Below, piece after piece: positions 49,032-58,672 of a DNA stretch of 64,000 bases (the first letter of the stretch is position 1; the number at the start of each line of letters is the position of its first letter). Both the position numbers and the translations under genes were made by a program. Location of the stretch: positions 1,777 to 65,776 of the IMG/VR virus record IMGVR_UViG_3300042890_005066, one strand, 5' to 3'. This DNA is from a virus (Duplodnaviria > Caudoviricetes). Below the pieces are notes generated by a model. It saw only the letters and a program-made list of their open reading frames with translations, was not told where the DNA came from and ran no database searches.

Positions 49032-50255
49032 TTAATAATTTCCATCAGCGATAGCAGCAGTATGACCAGGACTACCAGATTGCGCAGATGCTGAAACACT
49101 TTTCCAAAAGTTTCCGCGCATAACAGTTTGAACTGGACTAGACCTACTAGTGATTGAATCATCACCCAAATTAGCATATTGATTGTAGCCCCATGACCAT
49201 AGACTACCATCGGTTTTGATAGCAGCGGTGTAACCACCACCACATGATAATGATCTCCATGCACTCCCACCAGCTACAGTTTGCACAGGCGAAGACCTGC
49301 TGATTAGCGTATTATCACCCAATCGCCCATTGCCACTACCACCCCACGACCACAAAGTACCATCAGTTTTAATAGCAGCACAGTGGTTATGTCCGACCGA
49401 GACACTGCGCCAATTAGAACCACCAGCTATGGTCTGGACAGGCGAACTTCTACTAGTTATAGTGTTATCACCCAATTCACCGCTAGTTCCCAGACCCCAA
49501 AGCCACAATGTGCCGTCAGATTTAATCGCTGCTACGGTGCAACTAGTCGTATTACTACCCACCGAAATACTATTCCAATTAGAGCCTCCCGTTATAGTCT
49601 GTATAGGTGAACTTTTATTAACGATGGTGTTATCACCAAGTTGGCCTTTGTTATTTAACCCCCATAGCCACAATGTACCGTCAGTTTTTATAGCAGCAGT
49701 CACCTTATAACCACATGATACTTGCTTCCAATTATTCCCACCAGTCACTGTTTGAACCGGTGATGAACGATTAGTGACTGTATTAGAACCAATTTGGCCA
49801 GAACCACCGTTGCCCCATAACCATAGCCTCCCATCGGTCTTTATAGCAGCACAATGGACTCCGGCAGCAGAAACCGCACGCCAATTAGAACCACCGGCGA
49901 CAGTCTGCACCGGCGAAGATTTAGAAACAACTGTATTATCGCCAAGTGACCCAGTATCATTAGTACCCCATCCCCATAATGTACCATCAGTTTTAATAGC
50001 TAAGGTATAGTTAGTACCGCATGATGCTTGTGCCCAATTACTGCCTCCTGTCACAGTTTGAACCGGCGAACTTCTGGTCGTATTTGCGTTATCTCCCAAC
50101 TGGCCAGCACTATTATTTCCCCACATCCATAACGCTGGTGTTTTCACACCTGGCGCTAAATTTGGGTAAACATCGATAATATAATCCTTGGTTACCAATC
50201 CCTTGCCACCAATGTCAGTGCTCACATCCACAAACTTAGTTGTGATATCAGGCAT
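49032..50255 (-). CDS. RCC1-repeat beta-propeller protein (mosaic)
   Basis: About 7 RCC1 repeats. Confidence 0.9.
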   Translation of the reverse strand: MPDITTKFVDVSTDIGGKGLVTKDYIIDVYPNLAPGVKTPALWMWGNNSAGQLGDNANTTRSSPVQTVTGGSNWAQASCGTNYTLAIKTDGTLWGWGTNDTGSLGDNTVVSKSSPVQTVAGGSNWRAVSAAGVHCAAIKTDGRLWLWGNGGSGQIGSNTVTNRSSPVQTVTGGNNWKQVSCGYKVTAAIKTDGTLWLWGLNNKGQLGDNTIVNKSSPIQTITGGSNWNSISVGSNTTSCTVAAIKSDGTLWLWGLGTSGELGDNTITSRSSPVQTIAGGSNWRSVSVGHNHCAAIKTDGTLWSWGGSGNGRLGDNTLISRSSPVQTVAGGSAWRSLSCGGGYTAAIKTDGSLWSWGYNQYANLGDDSITSRSSPVQTVMRGNFWKSVSASAQSGSPGHTAAIADGNY

Positions 50256-50956
50256 TATACGACCCCCGAATCGGGTAAACCAGGATTAGCAGGCTCCTCA
50301 AGATTCTCAGGCTTCTCAATAATCTTAACAGCGATCAAATCATCCAGACTATAACAATTATCGACCTCAGCGTGCTTATTAAATTCCCAATCATATACAC
50401 TCTGCACATGTTCGTCAATATGAAGGATCATGAGCTCTAAATCCAAATGGTTTACAAGTGCCCATCCTTCATTAAATTTCCAATTGATGAAGTCATTCCC
50501 TGTGGTCGCTAGCTTAGATGATATCAATGACCTTGTCTCTCTGCTTGTCGAGACTGAGACTGTTTCGAAAAGCTCGGCTTTGTCATTTATTATGGGTATT
50601 GGTATTTGTATAGTTGTTGTTTCTTTAGCGTATCTGATTGTTGTGATATTTTCTTTTAAGATGCCTTTTGCTATGTTTAGGTCTAGTGGTCTTGTGTAGT
50701 AGTTGGCTATTACTTTGTCTTCTTGTATGTCGTAGGTTGGTCCGTCGTAGCATTGTATTCTCGGGTTTATTGGTGGGTATGATACGAGGTATTTTAGTAT
50801 TTTGGTGTCTTCGTCTATCGTTATGGGGACGTTTTGTTCGTCTGATGGGTATATTGTTTTGTTGATTTCTAGGTCTTGTAGTTCTGAGTTCAGTCTACCG
50901 ACGTACCATTTTTCGCTGGTGATCGTTACGTTGTTTTTGTGAACTATCGCGTACAT
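50255..50956 (-). CDS. fibre accessory protein (DUF4376-like C-terminus)
   Basis: Paralog of 8188..8877. Confidence 0.55.
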   Translation of the reverse strand: MYAIVHKNNVTITSEKWYVGRLNSELQDLEINKTIYPSDEQNVPITIDEDTKILKYLVSYPPINPRIQCYDGPTYDIQEDKVIANYYTRPLDLNIAKGILKENITTIRYAKETTTIQIPIPIINDKAELFETVSVSTSRETRSLISSKLATTGNDFINWKFNEGWALVNHLDLELMILHIDEHVQSVYDWEFNKHAEVDNCYSLDDLIAVKIIEKPENLEEPANPGLPDSGVV

Positions 50957-50968
50957 TCAAGCTTCTCC

Positions 50969-52231
50969 TTAGATATTTTGCTGAATAGCACCAGTAAAAT
51001 GCCAGCCGCATGTTACTTGCGACCATTTCTTGCCACCAAATGTCTGCACGGGTGAAGACTTGTCCACTGTTGTGTCATCACCAAGCATCCCTATTGCCTG
51101 AGTCCCATAAATGTATAGATTATTATTGCCCCACATCCATAGCGTACCATCTTGTTTAATGGCTGCTGTGGTCGAATGACCTTTTGATACTTTATGCCAA
51201 TTCGTACCACCGCTTACGGTCTGAACTGGTGAGGACCTTGTTATTATAGTATTATCGCCAAGTTGACCATAAGCATTACTACCCCACATCCACAATGTTC
51301 CGTCAGTCTTCACAGCCGCAGTTGATCCTCTAACATCAAAATAATACCCATTCCCGCTATTACACGAGACTTGCTTCCAAGTAGTCCCACCGGTGATGGT
51401 CTGGACCGGACTAGATGTACCAACTGTGGTATTAGTACCAAGATTTCCGGTAAAGTTTGGTCCCCATAACCATAACGTACCGTCTGTTTTAACAGCAGCT
51501 GTATAAGTACCACTACATGATACTTGTTTCCAAGTAGTACCACCGGTTATAGTCTGAACTGCTGAAGATTTGCTTACAACGGTATTATCACCAAGCTGTC
51601 CATTATCATTGTAGCCCCATAACCATAACGTACCATCAGTTTTTATAGCTGCCATATGGGTTTGCCCACACGCTACTTGTTTCCAAGCACCACCAGCCAT
51701 GGTTTGAACTGGCGAAGATTTTGGCACAACAGTATTATCGCCAAGCTGACCCAAATCATTTCTGCCCCAAGCCCAAAGTGTTCCATCAGTCTTAATAGCA
51801 GCAGTAAAACCAACACCACACGCTACTTGTTTCCAAGTAGTTCCTCCAGTTATCTCCTGGGTTGGTACGGAAACACTCGTGTAAACATTGGCGGGGTATG
51901 GGAGTGCCTGACCGTTGCCTATTTGACCATATTCATTTGATCCCCAGCTATACAATTTATTATCTGCAGTAATGGCAGACATGCATGATGCATATCCATT
52001 CCTAACGCCTGAACATGAAATTTGCGTCCAATAATAATCGTTTATGACCGTAGGTACTAATACTACATGATTTGTATATTGATATCCTTGGCCGAATATT
52101 CCCCAGACTCTTTGCGCGAAATTTTTGCCCCACATCCATATCTGCCCGGTTTGCCTCACATGTTGATCAACAATGTCAGCGTCAGTGAAGTAAAAATTAT
52201 TGAGATTTACACCGCCTGAATAGAATGGCAT
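50969..52231 (-). CDS. RCC1-repeat beta-propeller protein
   Basis: RCC1 repeats with loop insertions. Confidence 0.9.
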   Translation of the reverse strand: MPFYSGGVNLNNFYFTDADIVDQHVRQTGQIWMWGKNFAQRVWGIFGQGYQYTNHVVLVPTVINDYYWTQISCSGVRNGYASCMSAITADNKLYSWGSNEYGQIGNGQALPYPANVYTSVSVPTQEITGGTTWKQVACGVGFTAAIKTDGTLWAWGRNDLGQLGDNTVVPKSSPVQTMAGGAWKQVACGQTHMAAIKTDGTLWLWGYNDNGQLGDNTVVSKSSAVQTITGGTTWKQVSCSGTYTAAVKTDGTLWLWGPNFTGNLGTNTTVGTSSPVQTITGGTTWKQVSCNSGNGYYFDVRGSTAAVKTDGTLWMWGSNAYGQLGDNTIITRSSPVQTVSGGTNWHKVSKGHSTTAAIKQDGTLWMWGNNNLYIYGTQAIGMLGDDTTVDKSSPVQTFGGKKWSQVTCGWHFTGAIQQNI

Positions 52232-52827
52232 TATACACCACCAATCTCAGTAAGACCAAGGGCAACCAAAACATCCCCAAAAGTGCACAACTCGCCGATC
52301 TTATCAAAACCCACAATATTACTACTCACAGCAATATTGCTAACAAAATCACACCTCACATAATACAAAAGAATCGAGCCTCCAGACTCCGTGCCCCCCA
52401 ATAACTCCATCGCAGCAAGGCTCTCCCTCATACCCTCAGTAGCAGCCAAAGACAAACCCCAATACAAGTCACCAATGCTATTCGCAAGATTCACATTAAA
52501 AACCGAACCAGGCAACAGCTGCCCAGCAATCCCATCATATTGAGCCTTAACAGCATCAACACACACCATATGATATTGATAAGGAGTGACGGTTGTAGCA
52601 TCTTCCAGATCAACGTGGCTACCAGCAATAGCAGCCGCCTCAGCAGCTACCCTAGCCTCAGTGATCTCAAAAGCCTTAACATGCTCCTGAAGAAAATTCC
52701 TGATGACTTGATTCACAAAAGACTGTATTGTCTGCCCAGAATCACTAGACCAACCATGATTAGAAGCGACCGCATTGAGTACACGATCAGTATCAGACTC
52801 AGGAATATACACAGAAAGAACAGCCAT
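52231..52827 (-). CDS. hypothetical fibre-cassette protein
   Basis: Paralog of 8881..9513. Confidence 0.7.
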   Translation of the reverse strand: MAVLSVYIPESDTDRVLNAVASNHGWSSDSGQTIQSFVNQVIRNFLQEHVKAFEITEARVAAEAAAIAGSHVDLEDATTVTPYQYHMVCVDAVKAQYDGIAGQLLPGSVFNVNLANSIGDLYWGLSLAATEGMRESLAAMELLGGTESGGSILLYYVRCDFVSNIAVSSNIVGFDKIGELCTFGDVLVALGLTEIGGV

Positions 52828-53014
52828 TACTTCACGAACCTTTCAACAAGAGCCTCAAGAAGTTTAATTCTCTTATCTTAATCTTTGATCGCCGCATTGA
52901 GTACACGATCAGTATCAGACTCAGGAATATACTCAGAAAGAACAGCCATTACTTGACAAGCCTTTCAACAAGAGCTTCGAGCAGTTTAATTCTCTTATCC
53001 TGATCTTTGATCGC
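52771..53014. repeat. 122-bp tandem duplication of the fibre/next-gene junction
   Basis: 52771-52892 vs 52893-53014, 9 mismatches by manual alignment. Confidence 0.95.
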
Positions 53015-56000
53015 CTCAATCAATACAGCAATAAGATTACCATACGCAACCGACTTCAAACCTTTATGCGTCAACACTACCTCAGGTATGATATCCTCGA
53101 CTTCTTGAGCGATCATACCGATACCATGTCCACCAGATTCAATCCAATCGAATTCCACACCACGCAAGTTATTCACTTTGTCAACTGCACCAGTAATAGT
53201 GGTGATATTATTTTTCAAAGTCCGGTCAGACAATGCTGTGATACTGCCACCAGCAGTAAGATCGCCAGTGGAGGGATTAAAATAAAGTTTTGAAGATGAT
53301 GTATTAGCTGTAGAGACTGAACCAGACGTGGCATTAGTAAAAATAAGATATCGCGTAGCATTTGAAGACGTATCATCAGCAACTGTCAAGCCACCTGTGA
53401 TATCAGTGAGGAAGGCAACTGTCTCACGAGTAGTCGATGGTGTGAATAAAAGTCTAGTACCGTTGAATTCCATATTGCCAGCAGCCGCAGCCGTCATATT
53501 CGTACCACTGGTGAACCTCAAAGGTCCCGTGGTAGCGTTACCAGCAGCAAGATTGACTGTCTTGTTAGATAAAGTCTCAATACCAGCTAGCGTCGCCAAG
53601 GTACCAGCAGTCGGAAGTGTGATTGAAGTGGTACCGGTGGCTGTTAATGTGCGGGCAAAAGCCCCAGCATGAGTAACGTTACCGGCCATTGTTAACGTAA
53701 AGCCGGTATTCGCTATACCTGTACCGCCGTACTGACCTGGGATTACGTTACCATTCCAAGTCGTGTTGGTCGACATGGTTTTATTAGTAAATGATTCTAT
53801 GCCAGCTAGCGTCGCTAAAGTCCCAGCAGTTGGTAATGTAACTGATGTAGTTCCAGTAGCTGTAAAAGTCTGAGTAAAAGCCCCAGCATGACTGACGTTA
53901 CCAGCCATAGTAAGAGTAAAACCAGTATTCGCTATACCTGTACCGCCGTACTGACCTGGGATTACGTTACCATTCCATGTCGTATTAGTCGACATGGTTT
54001 TATTAGTGAATGATTCTATGCCTGCTAATGTAGCGAGAGTCCCAGTAGTTGGTAAAGTGACCGATGTTGTGCCAGTAGCTGTTAAAGTTTGGGCGAAAGC
54101 CCCAGCGTGACTGACGTTACCAGCCATCGTTAACGTAAAGCCGGTGTTCGCTATTCCTGTACCGCCATACTGGCCGGGGATGACGTTGCCATTCCAGGTC
54201 GTATTGGTCGACAATGTTTTATTGGTAAACGATTCAATACCAGCTAGCGTCGCTAAAGTGCCGGTGGTCGGAAGAGTAACTGAAGTGTTAGCCGTAGAGG
54301 TTAAGGTCGTGGTAAAAGCACCAGAAGTGGTTAAATTTCCGCCAATTGTGATAGTTTTTCCAGTGTTTGCTGCCCCAGTTCCACCGTATTGACCTGCTAC
54401 TACTGCCCCGCTCCATGTACCGGTTAAATTACTGTCAAGGTAAGCATTGACTTTTCTACTACCAGCAAAAGAGAAGTAATAATTCGTGTTATCAAACTCG
54501 ATAGAACCATTGGCCACCGCAGTAGTATTGGAACCAGAGGTGAGGACTAGCCCAGCAGCAGTGGTGTTACCGGCGCTTGTAGTGATGTACTTGTTGCTTA
54601 AGGATTCAGTACCAGCTAGCGTAGCTAGAGTCCCAGCAACTGGCAATGTGACTGAAGTGTTAGCAGTGGCTGTTAAAGTAGTAGTAAACGCACCACTAGT
54701 AGTAAGATTCCCGCCGATAGTAATAGTTTTGCCAGTGTTTGCGATTCCAGTACCACCGTACTGCCCTGCTATAACATTACCATTCCACGTCGTGTTAGTC
54801 GACAATGTTTTATTCGTAAATGTTTCTGACCCAGCTAACGTGGATAAAGTGCCAGCCGTAGGCAACGTCACGCTGGTGGCTGCGACGGTCGTTAAAGTCA
54901 CATCGAAAGCGCCAGATGTCGTTAAATTCCCACCTATAGTAATAGTCTTACCAGTATTCGCTACTCCAGTACCACCGTACTGCCCTGCTATAACATTACC
55001 ATTCCACGTCGTGTTAGTCGACAATGTTTTATTAGTGAATGATTCTAGACCAGCTAGCGTCGCTAAAGTACCGGCAGTTGGGAGGGTAACTGATGTGGTT
55101 CCGGTGGCTGTTAAGGTACGGGCGAAAGCCCCAGCATGAGAGACGTTACCAGCCATAGTTAAAGTGAAACCAGTATTTGCTATTCCAGTGCCACCGTATT
55201 GGCCGGGAATAACATTACCATTCCAAGTAGTGTTAGTCGACAATGTCTTATTAGTGAATGATTCTACACCAGCTAAAGTCGCTAAAGTACCGGTAGTTGG
55301 TAAAGTGACTGATGTGGTTCCGGTGGCCGTAAAAGTCTGTGCGAAAGCTCCAGCGTGTGAAACGTTGCCAGCCATAGTTAAAGTGAAACCAGTGTTCGCT
55401 ATCCCAGTTCCACCATATTGACCGGGAATCACATTACCATTCCAAGTCGTGTTGGTCGATAATGTCTTATTAGTGAATGATTCTATACCAGCTAGCGTCG
55501 CTAAGGTACCGGCAGTTGGGAGGGTAACTGAAGTATTAGCTGTAGCTGTTAAAGTCGTGGTAAAAGCGCCAGAAGTGGTTAGATTACCACCGATAGTTAT
55601 TGTCTTGCCGGTGTTGGCTATCCCAGTTCCACCGTATTGCCCTGCTACTACAGTTCCGGTCCAAGTACCTGTCATCGCACTATCTAGGTAAGCATTAACT
55701 TTCCTAGCACCGGCCACCGAAAAATAAAAATTTGTATTATCGAATTCTATAGAACCATTCGCAACGGCAGTGGTGTTAGAACCAGAGGTTAAGACTAACC
55801 CAGCGACTGTAGTGTTACCAGCACCTGTGGTGATATACTTGTTACTTAAGGATTCAATACCAGCCAGTGTTGCTAACGTTCCGGTCGTTGGTAAGGTAAC
55901 ACTGGTATTAGCAGTAGAAGTAAAAGTAGTAGTGAAAGCCCCGGATGTCGTTAAATTCCCACCTATAGTAATAGTCTTACCAGTGTTAGCGACTCCAGTT

Positions 56001-58645
56001 CCACCATACTGCCCTGCAATGACATTACCGTTCCACGTCGTATTAGTTGAAAATGTCTTGTTAGTTAAAGTCTCAGACCCAGCTAGCGTTGATAAAGTAC
56101 CAGCCGTAGGTAAGGTAACACTGGTATTAGCAGTAGAAGTAAAAGTAGTAGTGAAAGCCCCGGATGTCGTTAAATTCCCACCTATAGTGATAGTCTTGCC
56201 GGTGTTTGCTACCCCTGTTCCACCATATAGCCCTGCTATAACATTCCCATTCCAAGTCGTATTGGTTGATAGCGTTTTATTAGTGAATGATTCTACACCA
56301 GCTAGCGTCGCTATAGTACCAGCCGTAGGTAATGTGACTGACGTCGTTCCAGTAGCCGTAAAAGTCTGTGCAAAAGCCCCAGCATGACTGACGTTACCAG
56401 CCATCGTTAACGTAAAGCCGGTGTTCGCTATTCCCGTGCCGCCGTACTGGCCTGGGATGACGTTGCCATTCCAGGTTGTATTGGTCGACAATGTTTTATT
56501 GGTAAACGATTCAATGCCAGCCAAAGTCGACAAAGTACCGACGGTAGGTAACGTTATGCTGGTGTTTGCGGTTGATGTTAAAGTCGTGGTGAAAGCACCA
56601 GAGGTAGTAAGGTTTCCACCGATAGTGATCGTCTTCCCGGTGTTAGCAATCCCGGTGCCACCGTACTGACCCGCTACTACTGTCCCGCTCCAAGTCCCTG
56701 TAATATTACTATCAAGGTAAGCAACGGTCTTCCTAGCACCAGCCACCGAAAAGTAGAAATTAGTGTTATCGAACTCGATAGAACCATTCGCGACCGCAGT
56801 AGTATTAGTGCCTGATGTGAGTATTAATCCGGCGACAGTGGTATTTCCGGCACCTGTGGTAATATACTTGTTGCTTAACGTCTCAGTGCCAGCTAATGTG
56901 GCTAATGTACCGGTTGTTGGCAACGTTATGCTTGTATTGGCCGTGGAAGTTAGAGTAGTAGTGAAGGAACCCAAGGTCGTTAAATTACCGCCAATCGTGA
57001 TTGTCCTGCCGGTATTCGCTACTCCAGTACCTCCATACTGCCCCGCGATGACATCGCCGTTCCAAGTAGTGTTGGTGGAAAATGTTTTATTAGTAAAAGT
57101 CTCTGAACCTGCAAGTGTCGCTAAAGTACCGGCTGTCGGTAATGTTATGCTAGTGCCTGCCGTGACTGTAATGGTAGTGTCGAAAGCACCAGAAGTCGTT
57201 AAGTTACCACCGATGGTGATAGTCTTTCCAGTATTGGCCACTCCAGTGCCGCCATACTGCCCTGCTATAACATTGCCATTCCAGGTAGTATCGGTTGACA
57301 AAGTCTTATTAGTTAATATCTCAGAACCGGCAATAGTCGCTAATGTACCGGTCGTTGGTAATGTGAGTGAAGTATTAGCAGTAGAAGTTAAAGTCGTGGT
57401 GAAAGCACCAGAGGTAGTGAGGTTACCACCAATTGTAATCGTTTTTCCGGTGTTCGCTATCCCTGTACCACCGTATTGTCCCAGCACAACATTACCATTG
57501 TAATCAACGTTGGTCGATAACGTCTTATTGGCTAAAGTTTCAGAACCAGCCAGAGTCGCTAAGGTACCAGTCGTCGGCAACGTTACTGAAGTGTTAGCGG
57601 TAACAGTGAGAATGGTATCAAAGGCACCACTGATGGTTAGCGCGGGCTTGCCAACCAGGTCGGTATAATTCCCAGATGTTGCCACGTTGGCTAGCGTGGG
57701 CTTGCCTGTGATATTAGCATAAGTGAAGTTAGACGATGGAAGCTTTGCGTCCAGAGCTGTTTGAAGCCCTGTGACGTTGGATATTTCGTGCGTGTGTCCT
57801 AAAACCGCAAACGTCGAGTTGGCACTGGTGATAGTCAAGTATGGTGTAAGGTTGGCCGATGTCAGCCCATCGGTAATGCCATATCCTGCTAGCGTGGTTG
57901 GCTTGCCAGTCAGGTTTGCAAACGTCAGGTTGGCGGACGTAAGGTAAGCCCCGACAGCCTGATAACGAGTGTCCATCATACTACGTGTAAGAATTGAATC
58001 GTCTGTTTCAGTATAGTTGCCGTTATAGAAAAGATCAAAACTGGTAGAAGTTAAAACCACATTGATGTTCTGGCTTGAAACTAAATCTTGAACAGTCCAG
58101 CTAGACTGATTTGTCCTAAGATTAAACGTCGATATATAAGTGTCGTCACTATATGACGATTCAACTCCCAATGCGTAGTCCCAAACTACAGAAGCTTCAT
58201 TAACCCCTGAACTCGAAGCAACACCAAATGTGCCGCTACCTGTTACAGACTGAGCTATATTATTGTCTAACTGCACATACCTAGCATCTACCAGAGAAGT
58301 AATATCACTTTGAGTAAGTGTGGCAGCTACCAAGTTAACAAACTGATCAGAAGTCAGAGCAAGGGAAATAGTCTTATCGCCAGCAATAAAAGACACCTTA
58401 TCATCGTTAGAACTGCTAGTCTTAACAGTGGTTCTCTGTAATAAGTTAACATTTATAAGAGTCCCGATACCAGTTTCCCAGTATCCGGTTCCTGTATCGA
58501 CAATGCTATAATAACATGTGTCCCCAATAGCCATAACTGAAGAAAAAGTCTTAAACCCTGCTGGGTTGCCAATCAACACAGCATCACCAAACCCAATCAC
58601 TGATGCGTTTTCTTTGACTCTATCGGTTGTAATCAGTGCCATCAT
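52949..58645 (-). CDS. long repeat-rich tail/virion fibre with C-terminal peptidase S74 chaperone
   Basis: DRVKE anchor, KPTTLAGYGITD and HTH..VTGLQTALD fibre motifs, 16 G(Q/L)YGGTG repeats, SDRTLKNNI chaperone. Confidence 0.85.
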   Translation of the reverse strand: MMALITTDRVKENASVIGFGDAVLIGNPAGFKTFSSVMAIGDTCYYSIVDTGTGYWETGIGTLINVNLLQRTTVKTSSSNDDKVSFIAGDKTISLALTSDQFVNLVAATLTQSDITSLVDARYVQLDNNIAQSVTGSGTFGVASSSGVNEASVVWDYALGVESSYSDDTYISTFNLRTNQSSWTVQDLVSSQNINVVLTSTSFDLFYNGNYTETDDSILTRSMMDTRYQAVGAYLTSANLTFANLTGKPTTLAGYGITDGLTSANLTPYLTITSANSTFAVLGHTHEISNVTGLQTALDAKLPSSNFTYANITGKPTLANVATSGNYTDLVGKPALTISGAFDTILTVTANTSVTLPTTGTLATLAGSETLANKTLSTNVDYNGNVVLGQYGGTGIANTGKTITIGGNLTTSGAFTTTLTSTANTSLTLPTTGTLATIAGSEILTNKTLSTDTTWNGNVIAGQYGGTGVANTGKTITIGGNLTTSGAFDTTITVTAGTSITLPTAGTLATLAGSETFTNKTFSTNTTWNGDVIAGQYGGTGVANTGRTITIGGNLTTLGSFTTTLTSTANTSITLPTTGTLATLAGTETLSNKYITTGAGNTTVAGLILTSGTNTTAVANGSIEFDNTNFYFSVAGARKTVAYLDSNITGTWSGTVVAGQYGGTGIANTGKTITIGGNLTTSGAFTTTLTSTANTSITLPTVGTLSTLAGIESFTNKTLSTNTTWNGNVIPGQYGGTGIANTGFTLTMAGNVSHAGAFAQTFTATGTTSVTLPTAGTIATLAGVESFTNKTLSTNTTWNGNVIAGLYGGTGVANTGKTITIGGNLTTSGAFTTTFTSTANTSVTLPTAGTLSTLAGSETLTNKTFSTNTTWNGNVIAGQYGGTGVANTGKTITIGGNLTTSGAFTTTFTSTANTSVTLPTTGTLATLAGIESLSNKYITTGAGNTTVAGLVLTSGSNTTAVANGSIEFDNTNFYFSVAGARKVNAYLDSAMTGTWTGTVVAGQYGGTGIANTGKTITIGGNLTTSGAFTTTLTATANTSVTLPTAGTLATLAGIESFTNKTLSTNTTWNGNVIPGQYGGTGIANTGFTLTMAGNVSHAGAFAQTFTATGTTSVTLPTTGTLATLAGVESFTNKTLSTNTTWNGNVIPGQYGGTGIANTGFTLTMAGNVSHAGAFARTLTATGTTSVTLPTAGTLATLAGLESFTNKTLSTNTTWNGNVIAGQYGGTGVANTGKTITIGGNLTTSGAFDVTLTTVAATSVTLPTAGTLSTLAGSETFTNKTLSTNTTWNGNVIAGQYGGTGIANTGKTITIGGNLTTSGAFTTTLTATANTSVTLPVAGTLATLAGTESLSNKYITTSAGNTTAAGLVLTSGSNTTAVANGSIEFDNTNYYFSFAGSRKVNAYLDSNLTGTWSGAVVAGQYGGTGAANTGKTITIGGNLTTSGAFTTTLTSTANTSVTLPTTGTLATLAGIESFTNKTLSTNTTWNGNVIPGQYGGTGIANTGFTLTMAGNVSHAGAFAQTLTATGTTSVTLPTTGTLATLAGIESFTNKTMSTNTTWNGNVIPGQYGGTGIANTGFTLTMAGNVSHAGAFTQTFTATGTTSVTLPTAGTLATLAGIESFTNKTMSTNTTWNGNVIPGQYGGTGIANTGFTLTMAGNVTHAGAFARTLTATGTTSITLPTAGTLATLAGIETLSNKTVNLAAGNATTGPLRFTSGTNMTAAAAGNMEFNGTRLLFTPSTTRETVAFLTDITGGLTVADDTSSNATRYLIFTNATSGSVSTANTSSSKLYFNPSTGDLTAGGSITALSDRTLKNNITTITGAVDKVNNLRGVEFDWIESGGHGIGMIAQEVEDIIPEVVLTHKGLKSVAYGNLIAVLIEAIKDQDKRIKLLEALVERLVK

Positions 58646-58672
58646 ACTCTCCAAATGTTAGATACTATATTT

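Noticed and set aside
4571-53014. Diversity-generating retroelement acting on RCC1 or fibre genes
   Set aside because: No reverse transcriptase in the window and mismatches between repeat copies are not adenine-specific.
11592-57503. Long + strand Val/Pro-rich ORFs opposite the fibre genes
   Set aside because: Antisense shadows of Thr/Gly repeat codons; no RBS or independent features.
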